Both the position numbers and the translations under genes were made by a program. Shown here in pieces: positions 25,323-38,835 of a stretch of 64,000 nucleotides of DNA. The first letter of the stretch is position 1, and every line of letters begins with the position of its first letter. The stretch lies in the NCBI RefSeq assembly GCF_009834535.1, contig NC_045696.1, positions 42,286,001 to 42,350,000 on the forward strand, in the 5' to 3' direction. Source of the DNA: Camelus ferus (taxonomy: Eukaryota). The notes under the pieces are model-generated. The model saw only the letters and a program-made list of their open reading frames with translations, was not told the origin of the DNA and ran no database searches.

Positions 25323-26254
25323 GAGCAGAAGAAAAATCCTTCCCAGCCAAGCCTTTGCTTTCACATGCTTCTAAAAACCTCTTATACTCACTGTGCAACA
25401 AGTATTTTCAAAGGTAATCCTTTACAAGGAGACAGAAGATGGAAATCGAGTTCTGGGGGAAATGTGACTCAAGACAAATATATTTCCTGAGAGGTTTTCC
25501 CACTTCCTGCTTTTTATTCATTTATTGTTTTCCTTCAAAATGTTTATCCCATTGAAACATTTTGATCCTCTACTTTATACCATGAACACTTTCTTGTTAG
25601 GCAATACACAGCAAGCTCAATGCTTTAACAGGTAACACAAATTCACATGCAGAAGTATAAACCATAATAAAACACTTCAGGTTGGCTTCTCTCAAAAGTT
25701 GCCACCCAGGAAAGAGTTTGACTAGGGAGTGTTCTATGTAGTATTTTACTTGCAAGTACATGCTGAGGGTTAGCCCGTCCTTAGGTAGCTGGAGATTAAA
25801 TTTTCATACCCTGCCTTGGCTTTTAATACCAGACAGTATGGTCTTTGTCTTAATAAATACATGTGCCTGTAAGGATTATTCTAGGAAGGCCAAGATACCA
25901 GTGTGTTTGAGGCAGTATTTCTTGCAGAGAAGTTTAAACTAAAGAAAACGTGTTCAAGTGGAGAATTCTGTAAATGCAATACTGTGGGAGAGAATAAAAG
26001 GCTGTTTTAGTCATATGTCTCTTCATATAATTGCTGAAAGCAATATGAAATCATTGGGTCCCATATATGGAGAATGATGCAGCCTGTCTGCTTCAGGAAA
26101 GGGAAGGTAGCTGCCTGTGAGTGTGGTGTGTGGGGAAAAGGGCCCAACCACTCTAATTGGGAGTCTTTCTGGCCTTAAAGTCCAGCCTTTCCAGTCCTAA
26201 GAGTGGAATACTAGAGAAAGTTCATTGATACTTAAAGAATTAGATAAAATAGAA

Positions 26255-26392
26255 ATTCCCTACTTTCTGAAATTGTGATAATAGTAATTCTCCTATAGAA
26301 TTGTTGCATATGTTAAATGAGATAATCTATGTAAAGTGCATTATAAATCTCTATGTGTTAGCTGCTGTTACTATTTTATTGTAATCATTACC
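26255..26392 (+). mobile_element. MIR 3' fragment
   Basis: tagaattgttgcatatgttaaatgagataatctatgtaaagtgc. Confidence 0.7.
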
Positions 26393-26477
26393 ATATGCAT
26401 CTGGAGTACTTACCCTTCCCATCAGAGTTTGAAGAATTTGTTGGACAAATCTCACTTCCTCTGAAGTGACGGCCCTT

Positions 26478-26580
26478 TAAAAAAAAAACAGATTTATTGA
26501 GGTATAATTAATAAAAAATTAGTATATATTTAATGTCTAAATTTGATGAGTTTGGACATATGCATACAATTGTGAAACCA
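26478..26580 (-). mobile_element. L1 3'-end fragment
   Basis: tttattgaggtataatt...tttgatgagtttggacatatgcatacaattgtgaaacca. Confidence 0.75.
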
Positions 26581-28079
26581 GAGCATTTGTTTCTTTGTTT
26601 TGATTGAGTCCCATGCCATTGGTATAAGTCACGTGCCAAAGTAACCTAGAGGAGCAGCTGTGTTCAGCTGAGTAATGTGGGTGTCCTATATTTTCCACCC
26701 TTGACTAGACGGGACAAAAATCAATGCGGAGTAATTTGAAGCCTAATAAATCATACCCCACTTCCAAGAGATGTATTTTGGTTAACAGACTCCTTCCTAA
26801 GGTGTAAATAAGCCAGATTTCATCTTTTCATCCAGAGTTGATAACCAAGACCAGAGAAAGCACAAGGATGTGTTGATGACTTGAGTAGGCAGGAAGGGAA
26901 ATCTTGGGCTTGGGGCCATGGGGGAAAGACTGACTCTGTTGGGAGGGACGGCCTTGTGGTGGTGTGCCAAGCTCTAGGCGCCTCTAGGACCTGGTTGAGT
27001 GAGATGGAGGTAGGAGGGTGTGGGAGAGTACTTTGCCGAGGGCAGGTGAATGGTTGATGTGTCACTAAAATTCCCATCAGGCTGCCTGCCTGTAGCTCTC
27101 TGGTTGTGAAGTAGATTGCCAAGGCCTGAGGAGAGGTGTCAGGACTAGTTTGGAAGGCTGAAAATTAAAAATGATTTATATTTCTGGCCAGCTCAACGTC
27201 TTCTGACCCAGCTTCTATACTTTTTCCAGTTTTGCCCAGTATCACTCCTCAGTCTTGGCTTCTCCTTCTGGGAGGTGAAATTAAAAAGGGAAAGAAAATG
27301 GGAGATGTGGAAAAAGGAAAGAGAATTTCCCCTAATTTTCCTGATGGAAAAGCAGATCAGACTCTTAGATCCCTGATCTCTACCTTCCTTTTCACCTTTA
27401 CCGTGTTCATAAGCCAAGGGTTTTAAAAACTATTCTTGAAGAAATGGCCCCCTTCACTAAATGCAATGAAAATAGGGTACTTTCCAAAATTAATATTCCA
27501 GCTTCTTCCAAATATAGAGGAAGAGATAACTTGTTACATTTGAATCAACTTTTTACATTTGAAAAATCACAAATGGTTCCCTTCAGTTATATAAACACAG
27601 GAGTCTGATATCTAAAGGAAAGGGTCTGAAGGAGGTCTTACAAGTCTTGACTTTATAAAGGCAGCATCTCTCAGTATCCCCTCTTGGTATGCAGCTCTCT
27701 AAGGAAAACCAGGGGGATTTAAGTGATAAATTAGAAAAATAAAATAGATGTAACTGTGTTTGTACCTCAGACTGGGTCAGCCCAGATATACTCCCAAGGA
27801 AGGTTATGAAAGTTTATCTTAGGGCACTTGAGTGATTACTTGGAAGAAAATCAAGGAAATGCAACATACAGTTTATGCCAGGTTTTCAGGGGGCATTCCT
27901 GTTGACAACAGAGAACTACACCTGATTGAGAGAACATGCCTGGAGTGTTTTTGTCAACTTGAGGAGAAGGATCAGCCTAACTCATATGAAACAGAGGTAT
28001 ATGATACAGGAATGAGAAGGCTCATTCACTCTTAGAGGATGCAAATAGAGGCTTTCTCTGTCCCCACCACCCTATGATG

Positions 28080-28240
28080 CTCCCTTTCTCAGCCCTCCTT
28101 CCTATACCCATCGCCTTACCACTTCTAAATGTGAATTCTCCGTAAGCAGAGGTTTTTTTCTGTCTTGTTCACTGTTGAATCCCCAGTGCTTAGAACAATG
28201 AGACACCAAAAAATAACATATTTTTGAACTAATAAATGGT
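28080..28240 (+). mobile_element. LINE-2 3' end
   Basis: tgtcttgttcactgttgaatccccagtgcttagaacaatg. Confidence 0.7.
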
Positions 28241-28249
28241 TACATTTAA

Positions 28250-28960
28250 ACTTAGGGGGATATTGAAGTTGCTAAATGACAGTGTTAGGATCTGAAGAGA
28301 TGTACTGGAATTATAAGATTATAATAGGAAAAAAGATAAACCCTGCCTTGCATTAAAAAACCAACTATAAAATTTCCCCCCAGATGTGGAAATATAACTT
28401 AGTGATATCTTATGTGAAAAATTTAGTTGACAATAAACACAACATATGTTAGTAGTGTGCTACGATTATTATAAAAATGTAATATGATCACAAGCCACAT
28501 TAATTAAGATATGAAATCTGGAATAGAGAAGGTGATAGTACTTGTCTACTTTATGCCGATTGAGTCACATTGGAGTACCTATGTTCTATTCTGTATGCTG
28601 CACTTAATAAAGCATGTAAGTAAATAAGAATGTGTTTAACAGAGACGAGTCAGAGAAATAAGGGAATCTGGAATGTGAGGGATAATTGGTAATACTGAAG
28701 ATGTATTTAGTCAGCCTAAGAAAAGGTTCAGTGAGTTTCAGTCTTCAAGTATCTGAGGGGTTATTCTGTGTAGAGGTATGAGATTTGTTTTCTGTGGTAG
28801 CAGGGGTTAAAACTAGGGCAATTGGGCTGAGGTTTCAGGAAGATAGATTTTATCTTACTGCAAAGAAGGGATTTCTAAATTTGTCTGAGCTCTACAGAGC
28901 CTTGAAGGGAAGTGAATCTTCTGTATCTGGAGATATTCAAAACAGAGTCTGCACAAAAAT
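28250..28960 (+). mobile_element. L3/CR1 LINE fragment
   Basis: CR1 3' ORF motifs: cacattggagtacctatgttctattctg; gtcttcaagtatctgagggg; caggaagatagatttt; ctggagatattcaaaacagagtctg. May extend left to ~27640. Confidence 0.75.
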
Positions 28961-29533
28961 TGCACAAAGGCTTGCGTGCCTGGTCAAACCTGAGGATCAA
29001 TAAGACATCTTCATTAGAGATAAGCTGTGTAGGCAGGTGGAGAAGCCAGCAGGGTTGAGATGCTTCACTGATTTCAGGGCCAGCCTGACATTGGAATTAT
29101 TTTCATGAATCACACTGCTTAAACACAGTTTAAAAGTGCTCTAATTTATCTGGTTTGGCTCTGTGACATCTGAATAATGTAACTCAGATCATCTGGAGTT
29201 TGCAAGTGGATATAATTATTTATTTAAAATTACTTACTGAGGACTGGCTCTATGCTAGGTACCTGCTAGGGATTGAGATAGAATAATGAGTGGGAACATT
29301 AGGTATAGTGCTCGTAAGACCTCTGTACTACAAGGCCAACATTTCATCTTGGAGACTCCATTCTCAGACTTCACTGAGCATTTGGTTCACTTACTTGTAT
29401 AATCTGTATGATCATTGGTTCTCAGACAGGCATTTCCTAGAGTCCAGGGAGTGTTTCTTATTGTCCCTGAACTTTCACAGAATCTCAAAGCACAGTGGTT
29501 GACATAATAGTAGGTATTCAATTAATGCTTGTA

Positions 29534-31041
29534 CAGTAGTCCCCCCTTAACCATAAAACTCCTAGAAAAGATAGGTGACATGCTCCTTGATACAGGTCTT
29601 AGAGGTGGTTTTCTTAATCTGACACCAAAAGCAAAAGCAGCAAAAGCAAAAGTAAATAAGTGGGACTATATCAAACTAAAAAGCTTCTACATAGCAAAGG
29701 AAACTATCAACAAAATTAAAAGGCAGTCTACTGAATTGGACAAAATGATTACAAGTTGTATATCTGACAAGGGACTAATATCCAAAATATATAAAGAACT
29801 AAAACAACTCCTCCCCTCAAAACCTGAACAATTTGATTTAAAAAATGGGCAAAAGATCTGAATAGATATTTTTCCAAAGAAGACATTCAGATGGCTAACA
29901 GGTACATGAAAAGATGCTCAACATCATTAATCATCTGAGAAATGTAAATCAAAACCACAATGAAATGTCATATCACATATGTTAGAATGGCTATTATCAA
30001 AAAGACAACAAATAACAAGTGTTAGTGAAGATGTGGAGAAAAGGGAACCTTTGTACACTGTTGGTGGGAATGTAAATTGGTGCAGCACTATGGAAAACAT
30101 TATGGAGGTTCCTACAAAAATTAAAAATAGAGCTACCATATGATTCATCAGTTCCACTCCTGGGCATTTATCCAAAAAAAACAAAAACACTAACTTGAAG
30201 AGTTAGTAGCTCCCCCTTACTTTAGAGGGTTGCATTTCAAGACCCCCAGTAGATGCCTGAAATCTTGGATAGTATCAAACCCTATATATATATACTATAT
30301 TTTTTCCCTATTCCAACATACTTACGATAAACTTTCTAAATTAGGCACAGTAAGATATTAACAACAATAACTAATAAAATAGGAAAATTATAACAATAAT
30401 ACTATAATAAAAGTTATGTGAATGTGGTCTCTCTCTCTCTCAAAATATCTTGTTATACAAATTTAGTGCTTTTTCTGTCTTAACTAAGCCCTTATTGCAC
30501 TGTGACCGTAACTTTTGCAGTTTGATTTTTGGCAGCAAAACTAGCATGAATTTCTTTTTTCTTCTTAACAATTTCACAGAAGACTTGTTCTTATTGTAGA
30601 TCAGCACTTTCAGCATATGATATTTTTTTCTTTCCTTATTAAGTCAAAAACTTTCAGTTTTTCACTTAAAGGAAGCACTTTATGGCTTTTCTTTGGCATA
30701 TCCCAATTGCCAGCATCACTACTCTCTTGCTTTGGGGCCATTATCAAGTAAAATAAGGGTTACCTGAATACAAGTACTGTGACACCATGGCAGTCCATCT
30801 GATAACCAAGGTGGCTACTAAGTAACTAAAGAGCAGGATATGCTGGGCAAAGGGATGAATCACATCCCAGGCTGGATGGAATGGGATGGTGTGAGATTTT
30901 ACCATGCTATTTAGAATGGCTCATAATTTAAAACTTATGAGTTGTTTATTTCTAGAATATTCAAGTTAATATTTTTGGACTGTTGTTGAACATAGGTAAC
31001 TGAAACTGGAAAGCAAAACCACAAATAAGGGAGAATTACTG
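29534..31041 (-). mobile_element. TcMar-Tigger element (MER44/Tigger7-like), interrupted in its left TIR
   Basis: TA|cagtagtcccccctta ... taagggagaattactg|TA termini. Antisense atggccccaaagcaagagagtagtgatgctggcaatt (transposase N-terminus remnant). Main body at 30205-31041. Confidence 0.88.
29550..30204 (+). mobile_element. Internal L1 ORF2 fragment without 3'UTR or poly(A)
   Basis: ORF 29529..29861 [14 protein letters not shown]...[10 protein letters not shown]; ends at aaaacactaacttgaagag. Confidence 0.9.
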
Positions 31042-31140
31042 TATAAACATAAGTAACAGGGCCTTGCAAATGAGCTGAGAATCAGAAAAAAATCCTAAGA
31101 AAGACCAGTGGAAAGACAGTGGCTTAAAAACTGGTAGAGT

Positions 31141-34100
31141 AACTTTAAGGTGAAGGACACGCATAGATTGAAAGTGAGAGGATAGAAAAAGATACTTCAT
31201 GTAAATGGAAATGACAAGAAAGCAGGAGTAGCAATACTGATTTCAGACAAAATAGACTTTAAAACAAAGTCCATAAAGAAAGATAAAGAAGGACACTATA
31301 TAATGATTAAAGGAGCAATACAAGATGAGGATATTACACTCCTTAACATATATGCACCCAGTATAGGAGCACCTAAATACATAAAGCAAATACTAACTGA
31401 CATGAAGGGAGAAACTGATGGGAACACAATCATAGTAGGAGACTTTAACACCCCATTAACATCATTGGACATATCTTCCAGACAGAAAATTAATAAGGCA
31501 ATGGAGATACTAAATGACACAATAGAACTGTTGAACTTGCTGGGTATTTTTAGGACATTACATCCCCCCAAATCAGAATATACATTCTTTTCAAGTGTGC
31601 ATGGAACATTCTCTAGGATAGATCATACAATTGGGCACAAAAGAAGCCTCAACAAATTTAAGAGGATAGAAATTATTTCAAGCATCTTTTCTGACCACAA
31701 TGCCATGGAACTAGAAATCAACCACAGAAAAACAAAAAAGAGAGAGAGAGAGAGAAAAAAAACAACATGGAGATTAAACAACATGCTACAAAAAACCCAA
31801 TGGGTTAATGATGAAATCAAAGAAGAAATGAAAAAATACTTTGAGACAAACAACAAAGCAAATACAACTACACAAAATCTATGGGATGTAGCAAAAGCAG
31901 TCCTAAGAGAGAAGTTCATAGTGATTCAGGCCTTCCTCAAAAAACAAGAATAATCTCAAGTAAATAATCTAACCTATCACCTAAAAGAATTAGAAAAAGA
32001 AGAGCAAATAAAACCTAAAGCCAGCAGAAGGAAGAAAATAATAAAGATCAGGAAGGAAATAAATAAAACAAGAGATTTTTAAAAAATAGAAAAAAATCAA
32101 TCAAACCAAGAGCTGGTTTTTTGAACCAGTAAACAAAATTGACAACCCTCTGACCAGGCTCATCAAGAAGAAAAACGAGAGAACACAAATAAAAAACATA
32201 AGAAAGGAAAATGGAGAAGTTATAACCGATACCACAGAAACACAAAAAACCGTAAGAGAATACTATAAACAACCATATGGAAACATATTGGGCGACCTAG
32301 AAGTGGACAAGTTTCTGGAAACATACAGCCCACCAAGACTGAATCAAGAAGAAATGGACCATTTGAACAGACCAATCACTAGAAATTAAATAGAATCAGC
32401 AATAAAAAAAACCTCCCTACAAGCTAAAGTCCTGGACCAGATGGCTTTACTGAGGAATTCTACCAAACATACAAAGAAGAACTCACATCGATCCTTCTCA
32501 GACTCTTCCAAGATTGAAAAGGAGGGAGTACTTTCAAACTCACTCTGTGAAGCCACCATTACCCTGATACCAAATCCAGACAAAGACACTACCAAAAAAG
32601 AAAATTACAGACCAATATCACTGATGAACATAGATGCAAAAATCCTCAACAAAATATTAGCAAACAGAATCCAGCACCACATATGAAAGATCATACACCA
32701 TGATCAAGTTGGATTCATGCCAGGGACACAAGGATGCTTCCACATATGCAAATCAATCAATGTGATACGCCACATCAACAAAAGAAAGGACAAAAATCAC
32801 ATGATCATCTCAATAGATGCAGAAAAAACATTTGATAAAATTCAATACCCATTTATGATAAAAAACTCTTACCAAAGTAAGTATATAGGGAACATATCTC
32901 AACATAATAAAAGCTATTTATGACAAACCCACATATACTCAACTGTGAAAAACTGAAAGCCTTCCCACTAAAATCTGGAACAAGATGAGGTTGCCCACTC
33001 TCACCACTTCTATTCAACATAGTCTTGGAAGTCCTAGCCGCAGCAATCAGGCAAGAAAAACAAACAAAAGGGATCCAAATTGGAAGAGAAAAGGTAAAAT
33101 TTTCACTATATGCAGATGACATGATACTATATATAGAAAACCCTAAAAGCTCCACACAAAAACTGAGAGCTGACAAAAGAATTCAGCAGGGTAGCAGGAT
33201 ACAAGATTGACAGTACAGAAATCAGTTGCATTTCTTTACATTAACAATGAAATAGCAGGAAAAGAAAGTAACAATCCCTTTTAAAATTGCATCCAAAACA
33301 ATAAAATACTTAGGAATAAATTTGACCAAGGAGGTGAAAGACTTATACATGGAGAACTACAAAACATTGATTAAGGAAATTAAAGATGACTTAAGGAAAA
33401 GAAAAGCTATCCCATGCTCTTGGATTGGAAGAATCAATATTGTTAAGTGGCCATACTACCCAAGGCAATCTACAGATTTAATGCAATCCCTATCAAATTA
33501 CCCAGGACATTTTTCACAGAGCTAGAAAAAATCATAATAAAATTGATATGGAATCACAAAAGACCCAGAATTGCCAAAGCATTACTGAAGAAAAAGAACG
33601 AAGCTGGAGGAATAACCCTCCCAGACTTCAGACAATACTACAGAGCTACAGTTATCAAAACAGCACGGTATTGGCATAAAAACAGACATATAGATCAATA
33701 GAACAGAATAGAGAGCCCAGAAATAAACCCACAGACCTATGGTCAATTAATCTTTGACAAAGGCAGGCAAGAATATACAATGGAGAAAAGACAGTCTCTT
33801 CAGTAAGTGGTGTTGGGAAAACTGGATAGCAGCATGTAAATCCATGAAGTTAGAACACTCCCTCACACCATACACAAAAATAAACTCAAAATGGCTTGAA
33901 GGCTTAAACATTAGACAAGATATTATAAATCTCCTAGAAGAAAACATGGGCAAAACATTGTCTGACATAAATCTTAGCAATGTTCTCCTAGGCAATAGAA
34001 ATAAAAGCAAAAATTAACAAATAAGACCTAATTAAACTAATAAGCTTTTGTCGAGCAAAGGAAACCATAAGCAAAACAAAACAACAAGCAATGAAATGGG

Positions 34101-35148
34101 AGAAAATATTTGCAAATGATGTGATGGACAAAGGCTTAATTTCGAGCATATATAAACAGCCTATACAACTTAATAATAAAAAACAAACAAACAAATCCAA
34201 AAATGGGCAGAAGACCTAAACAAGCAATTCTCCAGTAAAGACATACAAATGGCCAATAGGCACATAAAAAAATGCTCAATATCACTAATTATCAGAGAAA
34301 TGCAAATCAAAACTACAGTAAGTTATCACTTTACACCAGTCAGAATGGCCATCTCTCAAAAGTCCACGAACGATAAATGCGGGAGAGGGTGTAGAGAAAA
34401 GGGAACCCTCCTACACTGTTGGGAATGTAATTTGGTGCAGCCATTATGGAAAATAGTATGGAGATTCCTTAAAAAACTAAAAATAGACTTACCGTATGAT
34501 CCAGCAACGCCACTCCTGGGCATATATTCAGAGGGAACTCTAATTCGAAAAAGATACTTGCACCCCAGTGTTCATGGCAGCAGTATATACAATAGCCAAG
34601 AAATGGAAACATTCTAAATGTACATCAACAGATGACTGGATAAAGAAGAAGTGGTATATTTATACAATGGAATACTACTCAGCCATAAAAAAGAATCAAA
34701 TAATGCCATTTGCAGCAACATGGATGGACCTGGAGATCATCATTCTATGTGAAGTAAGCCAGAAAGAGAAAGAAGAATATCATATGATATCACTCATATG
34801 TGGACTCTAAAAAAAAAGAAAAAAGAGGACACTAATTGAACTCATCTACAAAACAGAAACAGACTTGCAGACATAGTAAATAACCTTATGATTACCAGGG
34901 GAAAGGGAGTGGGAAGGGATAAATCTGGGAATTTGAGATTTGCAGATGTTAGCCTCTCTCTATATATATAGATTAAAAAACCCCAAATTTCTTCTGTATA
35001 GCACAGGGAACTCTACTCAATATCTTGTAATAGCCTTTAATTAAAAAGAATATGAAAATGAATATATGTATGTATATGCATGACTGGGACATTGTGCTGC
35101 ACATCAGAAATTGATACATTGTAAGTGATTATACTTCAATTAAATAAA
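31141..35148 (+). mobile_element. Relatively young 5'-truncated LINE-1, near-complete but disrupted ORF2 plus 3'UTR
   Basis: EN (NIYAP..GDFNTPL..SRIDH..SDHN), Z domain ([23 protein letters not shown]), RT YADD at 33109-33120, Cys-rich C-terminus. Several stops and frameshifts. Camelid-type 3'UTR ending acttcaattaaataaa. Confidence 0.95.
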
Positions 35149-35879
35149 TGGTGAAATAATTAAGAAGTCTCCTTCTAGGCCTTGGGGATGGGAGCAGAAG
35201 TCAGTTGGTGGCTGGTGGGAGCTGACAAAGCCAGGTTGGCTGAAGGATAATAGTGTCTGGGCAACAAAGCCACTAGAAGGCCACAACAGATTGGTCTTTA
35301 CTAAGGGGTCTCACCACCATCAGAAATCACTTAGTCAAATACATCATTCAGTACCAAATAGCACACACAAGAATGAGTTGTAGAAGCATTAGAAATTCCA
35401 AGGTGTGAGTCAGTTAGGGGGAGAAGGAGGAGGCAGTTTCAGAGGAGTCTGAGGCTCAGTGGTAGGGTAGGGAAGCATTCTCCTTACTGCAGGGGATGGG
35501 GCTGGGCTCAGAGGACCAAATCAGAACATAAGAGGAGCCCTTATATACACCGTCACTAGCAGGCTAATTCTAATGAGCAGCATTTTGAAGAAGTTGAACT
35601 CTTTGCCCAGGTCTTTCCTTGGGCAAAGAGTCTGTTTGATTCGGTCTAACAGCCAAAAGAGAGGACTGTGGTGAGGAGAAGGACCAGGGCAGGGTGCCAA
35701 GCTAAGCTGGCTAGGTCGATGCAGGTAGACACTATTAACATTTGAAAAAACAATATATGCTTTGTACCTCAATCCATTCTTACATTTTGAATTTTGTTTT
35801 CCTTTCACATGGTTTCTAAGTGAAAATTCCTTCTGCAAAAGCCCAGGCTTATTTGAGTCTTTTCATAAAAATGTGGAGC

Positions 35880-36075
35880 TGGAGTACAAGCTATGGGCTC
35901 TGGAGACAAACTGGTAAGACTCTTAGCTCTGCACTTACTTCCTGGGTGTCCTTGAGCAAGTGTCTTTACTCTCCTAAGCTTCCCTTTCCTTGATGTAAAG
36001 TGCTTTGTGAGGATTAAATAAAATCATGTCTATAAAGCTGTTGACATAGTATTTGAGTTCAGTCAATGTTAGCCC
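35880..36075 (+). mobile_element. MIR SINE
   Basis: gggctctggagacaaactgg...ccttgagcaagt...tgtgagggattaaataaaatcatg. Confidence 0.75.
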
Positions 36076-36169
36076 TGTGTTAATTAACACTACCAAGGCG
36101 AAGAGGCAAGGTGACGCTGTGAGGGTTTCCTGTCTCCAAGCTTAAAGGGAGATACCTTCATATTTGAGA

Positions 36170-36620
36170 AAGAAGAAGAAAAAGTTCTGCTTTGGGCACA
36201 TTGAGTTTAACAAGTCAGTGGACAATCTGTGTTGAATTATAGCTAAGAGTCTAGAGTTAAGGAGAGGGGCAAAGCTGAGATTTTGATTTTGTGGGTCAAA
36301 TTGTGGAGATGGTCAGTAAAAGAGAGTGTCTAAGAAGAGTGTTTAAGATGAGAGAGCCATGTTTCCAGAATGTCTGTCTTTCATATTCAGAGATTATCAG
36401 AAGAAAATAATTGTGAAAGGGATCAGAGGGAGCAGCCAGAGGTGAAGGGAGAACGAGGATAGAGGAATGTGGAGGCGGTCAGAGCAGGCATGTTCTTTAT
36501 GGAAGGAGCGGCCGAGGAGGACAAGGCAAGTGATCCAGAACTGGAAGTGGCCATTAGGTCTAGCAGTTATTACATCACTGGCTTCCTGGGCCAGGGCAGG
36601 CAATGGAGCATTGGTGGTAA
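36170..36620 (-). mobile_element. LINE-2 fragment
   Basis: gttctgctttgggcacattgagttt...gaggagagggg...ggccattaggtctagcag. Confidence 0.7.
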
Positions 36621-37464
36621 AAACCAAACTGCTGTTGGCTGAGAAATAAAGGGGCATATTCATGATATATTAAGGGAAAAATCAGATTATAAAATGATAC
36701 GCCTCGTATGACCCCTATTTATTTAGCAAATGAAAAGAGAGACTTAAGAAATTTTTACATCGGTGATGGTCTCTAAAGCTTGCCGATTTCTTTGGTAATA
36801 CCGATGGTTGATTGTTTATAAAGAATGGAAGTCCAAGCTTCTCCCTGAACGTTATTTTCAATTCTGTGCTACTTCTACCAGCTTCTGACTTTCAGACCTT
36901 GTGCCTGGTTTCCGATCCGCATTAAACTCCAAGACTGAATTCTTGTTTCCTGTGCTTGATTTTCGGTGCTCTCCAGAGACTGAGCAATGACGCAGCCCTG
37001 GCGCTTCCTGCTGCTGGCTGTTTTGTAACATACTCCACCTCTACCCATCTGGCTTGACCCCGGGACACAAATCCCGGCAGCAGTATGTGCGCAGGCCAGT
37101 CGCTCGAGGGGCTGGGACAAGGGTACTGTATTTAGGAGTTATGTGATGGAGGCATAGGTGTTTCTAAGGAAGCGTGACTAATTAGCCCTTAGAAGCCCCA
37201 GCAAAATTGGAAGTCTTCTAGGTTACTATAGAAAACATGTTCCCACAAGACACGTCCTAGTTTTCCATGCTGAGTCATGTCCTGCTTTCATTTTCTCAAG
37301 CCAGATAACAGCTATTGTCAAAGACACAAAAATATTTTATTACTAATTAAAGCGTTTTGCATACTTGAAGACAAGCTTTATTTTTAAGCTCTGTTGTGAG
37401 AGAAGAAGCAAGCCGTGAGCTTGGGGGACTAAATCTTTTCACTCACCTCAAGCCTTCACAGCAC

Positions 37465-37605
37465 CTGCACTGGTCTGTGTGACTTGGGACAAATTCCAAA
37501 CCTTTCTTTACCTGAGTTTCCTCATTTGTGAAAGAGAATTATGATTTCAACCTTGCCCATTTGTTGTGAGAAATTCACGTGATTATGTTGCACAGAGCTC
37601 GCACA
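37465..37605 (+). mobile_element. MIR core fragment
   Basis: ctgtgtgacttgggacaa...ctgagtttcctcatttgtgaaa. Confidence 0.7.
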
Positions 37606-38835
37606 GGTGATTTCTTTTTCGTTAAGTTTTCTCCAACTTTGTCTCATTTTACTCCCAGAAAGTGCTTTCATCCTTGTCCTGATGGAGAAGATCCATCCCA
37701 TGAAAGGGAAACATTTAAGAAGATACAGCCATTTAGCTGAATTGTAATCTCCATCTCCAAATGTTCCTTTACTCCCAAGCTTTCTCCTCTCCTCTGTAAT
37801 TCTGAGCTCAGCCCGCCGCCTTCTCTCAGAACTTGATTCTGTGGGGTATGATATTTTGAAATATTAACCAGTGTTTTTTTTACCCTCAGGTACTTTCTTT
37901 CTCCTCTTTGTCTCTTCCTTGCCTGCAGAAAAATTACTAGCCCATATTCACTGTCTCAGGAGAAGGAGGAGAAGGCTTCGAGATTTTTGTTTTCTTCCTG
38001 GTGATTAGAGGGAGAGAGAGACCTAGACAGAGGTGGCTCGAGTAGTGAGGAATATGACTTGTCACTGTTCCCTTCCCTCACCACTAAGGACTCCTTGGGC
38101 TGTCAGAATAGAAATGGATGAGGAAAGGCAGGAAAGACTGGGGGTTTCTGAGGAAGGTCCTGTGTCCTGCTCTGAGTCAAGCCGGGGGCTATGGTGACAG
38201 CTCCGAAAAGCTTGTGTGATCTGAGAGCAGAAAGGGCCTATAACTCACTTCCCTTTGGAGCGCTGGGCAGGTGGTGATACATTAGAGAGAATGGTTCCGT
38301 GGTATTACTCTAGCCAGATGGGATGTGGGTAGCCTCAGAGAGTTTTTCACACTGATTTGTGGTGAGGGTAGTAATAGGTGATGCCTTTGTATCCAAGGAT
38401 GGTGCAGAAGGAGTTTCTGAAGGGACGATGCAGATAGATACAAAGGATGTTTTTTCAGGTAACCAGATGTACCAGCCACCAAGGACGAGATGTGATAATG
38501 GATGGGTCAGCAGACGCCAGTGTGGAGAGATGCCTTTGAGGTTCAAATGCAAGTGCTCCTTCAATTTCCCCACCCCAGTGGCAGACACACACACACCACA
38601 CTCCAGCCTCACATGTACACATCAACCATGTACACTTGCACATCCATACCTTAGCACTAGGTGAGATTCCAGAATTTATATGAAAACAAAACTCAGGGAA
38701 ATTTTCTCTGCATTTCTACTACCCCACTGGAATGGTAAACCAAGAAAGAGAGTGGAGTTTAGAAAAAATGAAGTGTCTCTTATACATCAGAATTTGTAGA
38801 CTGAGACACTTATCTGCCATAGTTTATTAGCTATC

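Noticed and set aside
31303..34810. Series of EN/RT-like ORFs as a functional gene
   Set aside because: Fragments of one L1 ORF2 broken by stops and frameshifts, 5'-truncated with no promoter or ORF1
35267..35285. Weaker CTCF-like word (gccactagaaggcc); similar at ~40440
   Set aside because: Mismatches at key core positions; expected by chance in 64 kb
38359..38664. 101-aa ORF with a possible donor site (cag|gtaacc)
   Set aside because: No recognisable homology, no clear acceptor, and it runs into a CA-rich repeat
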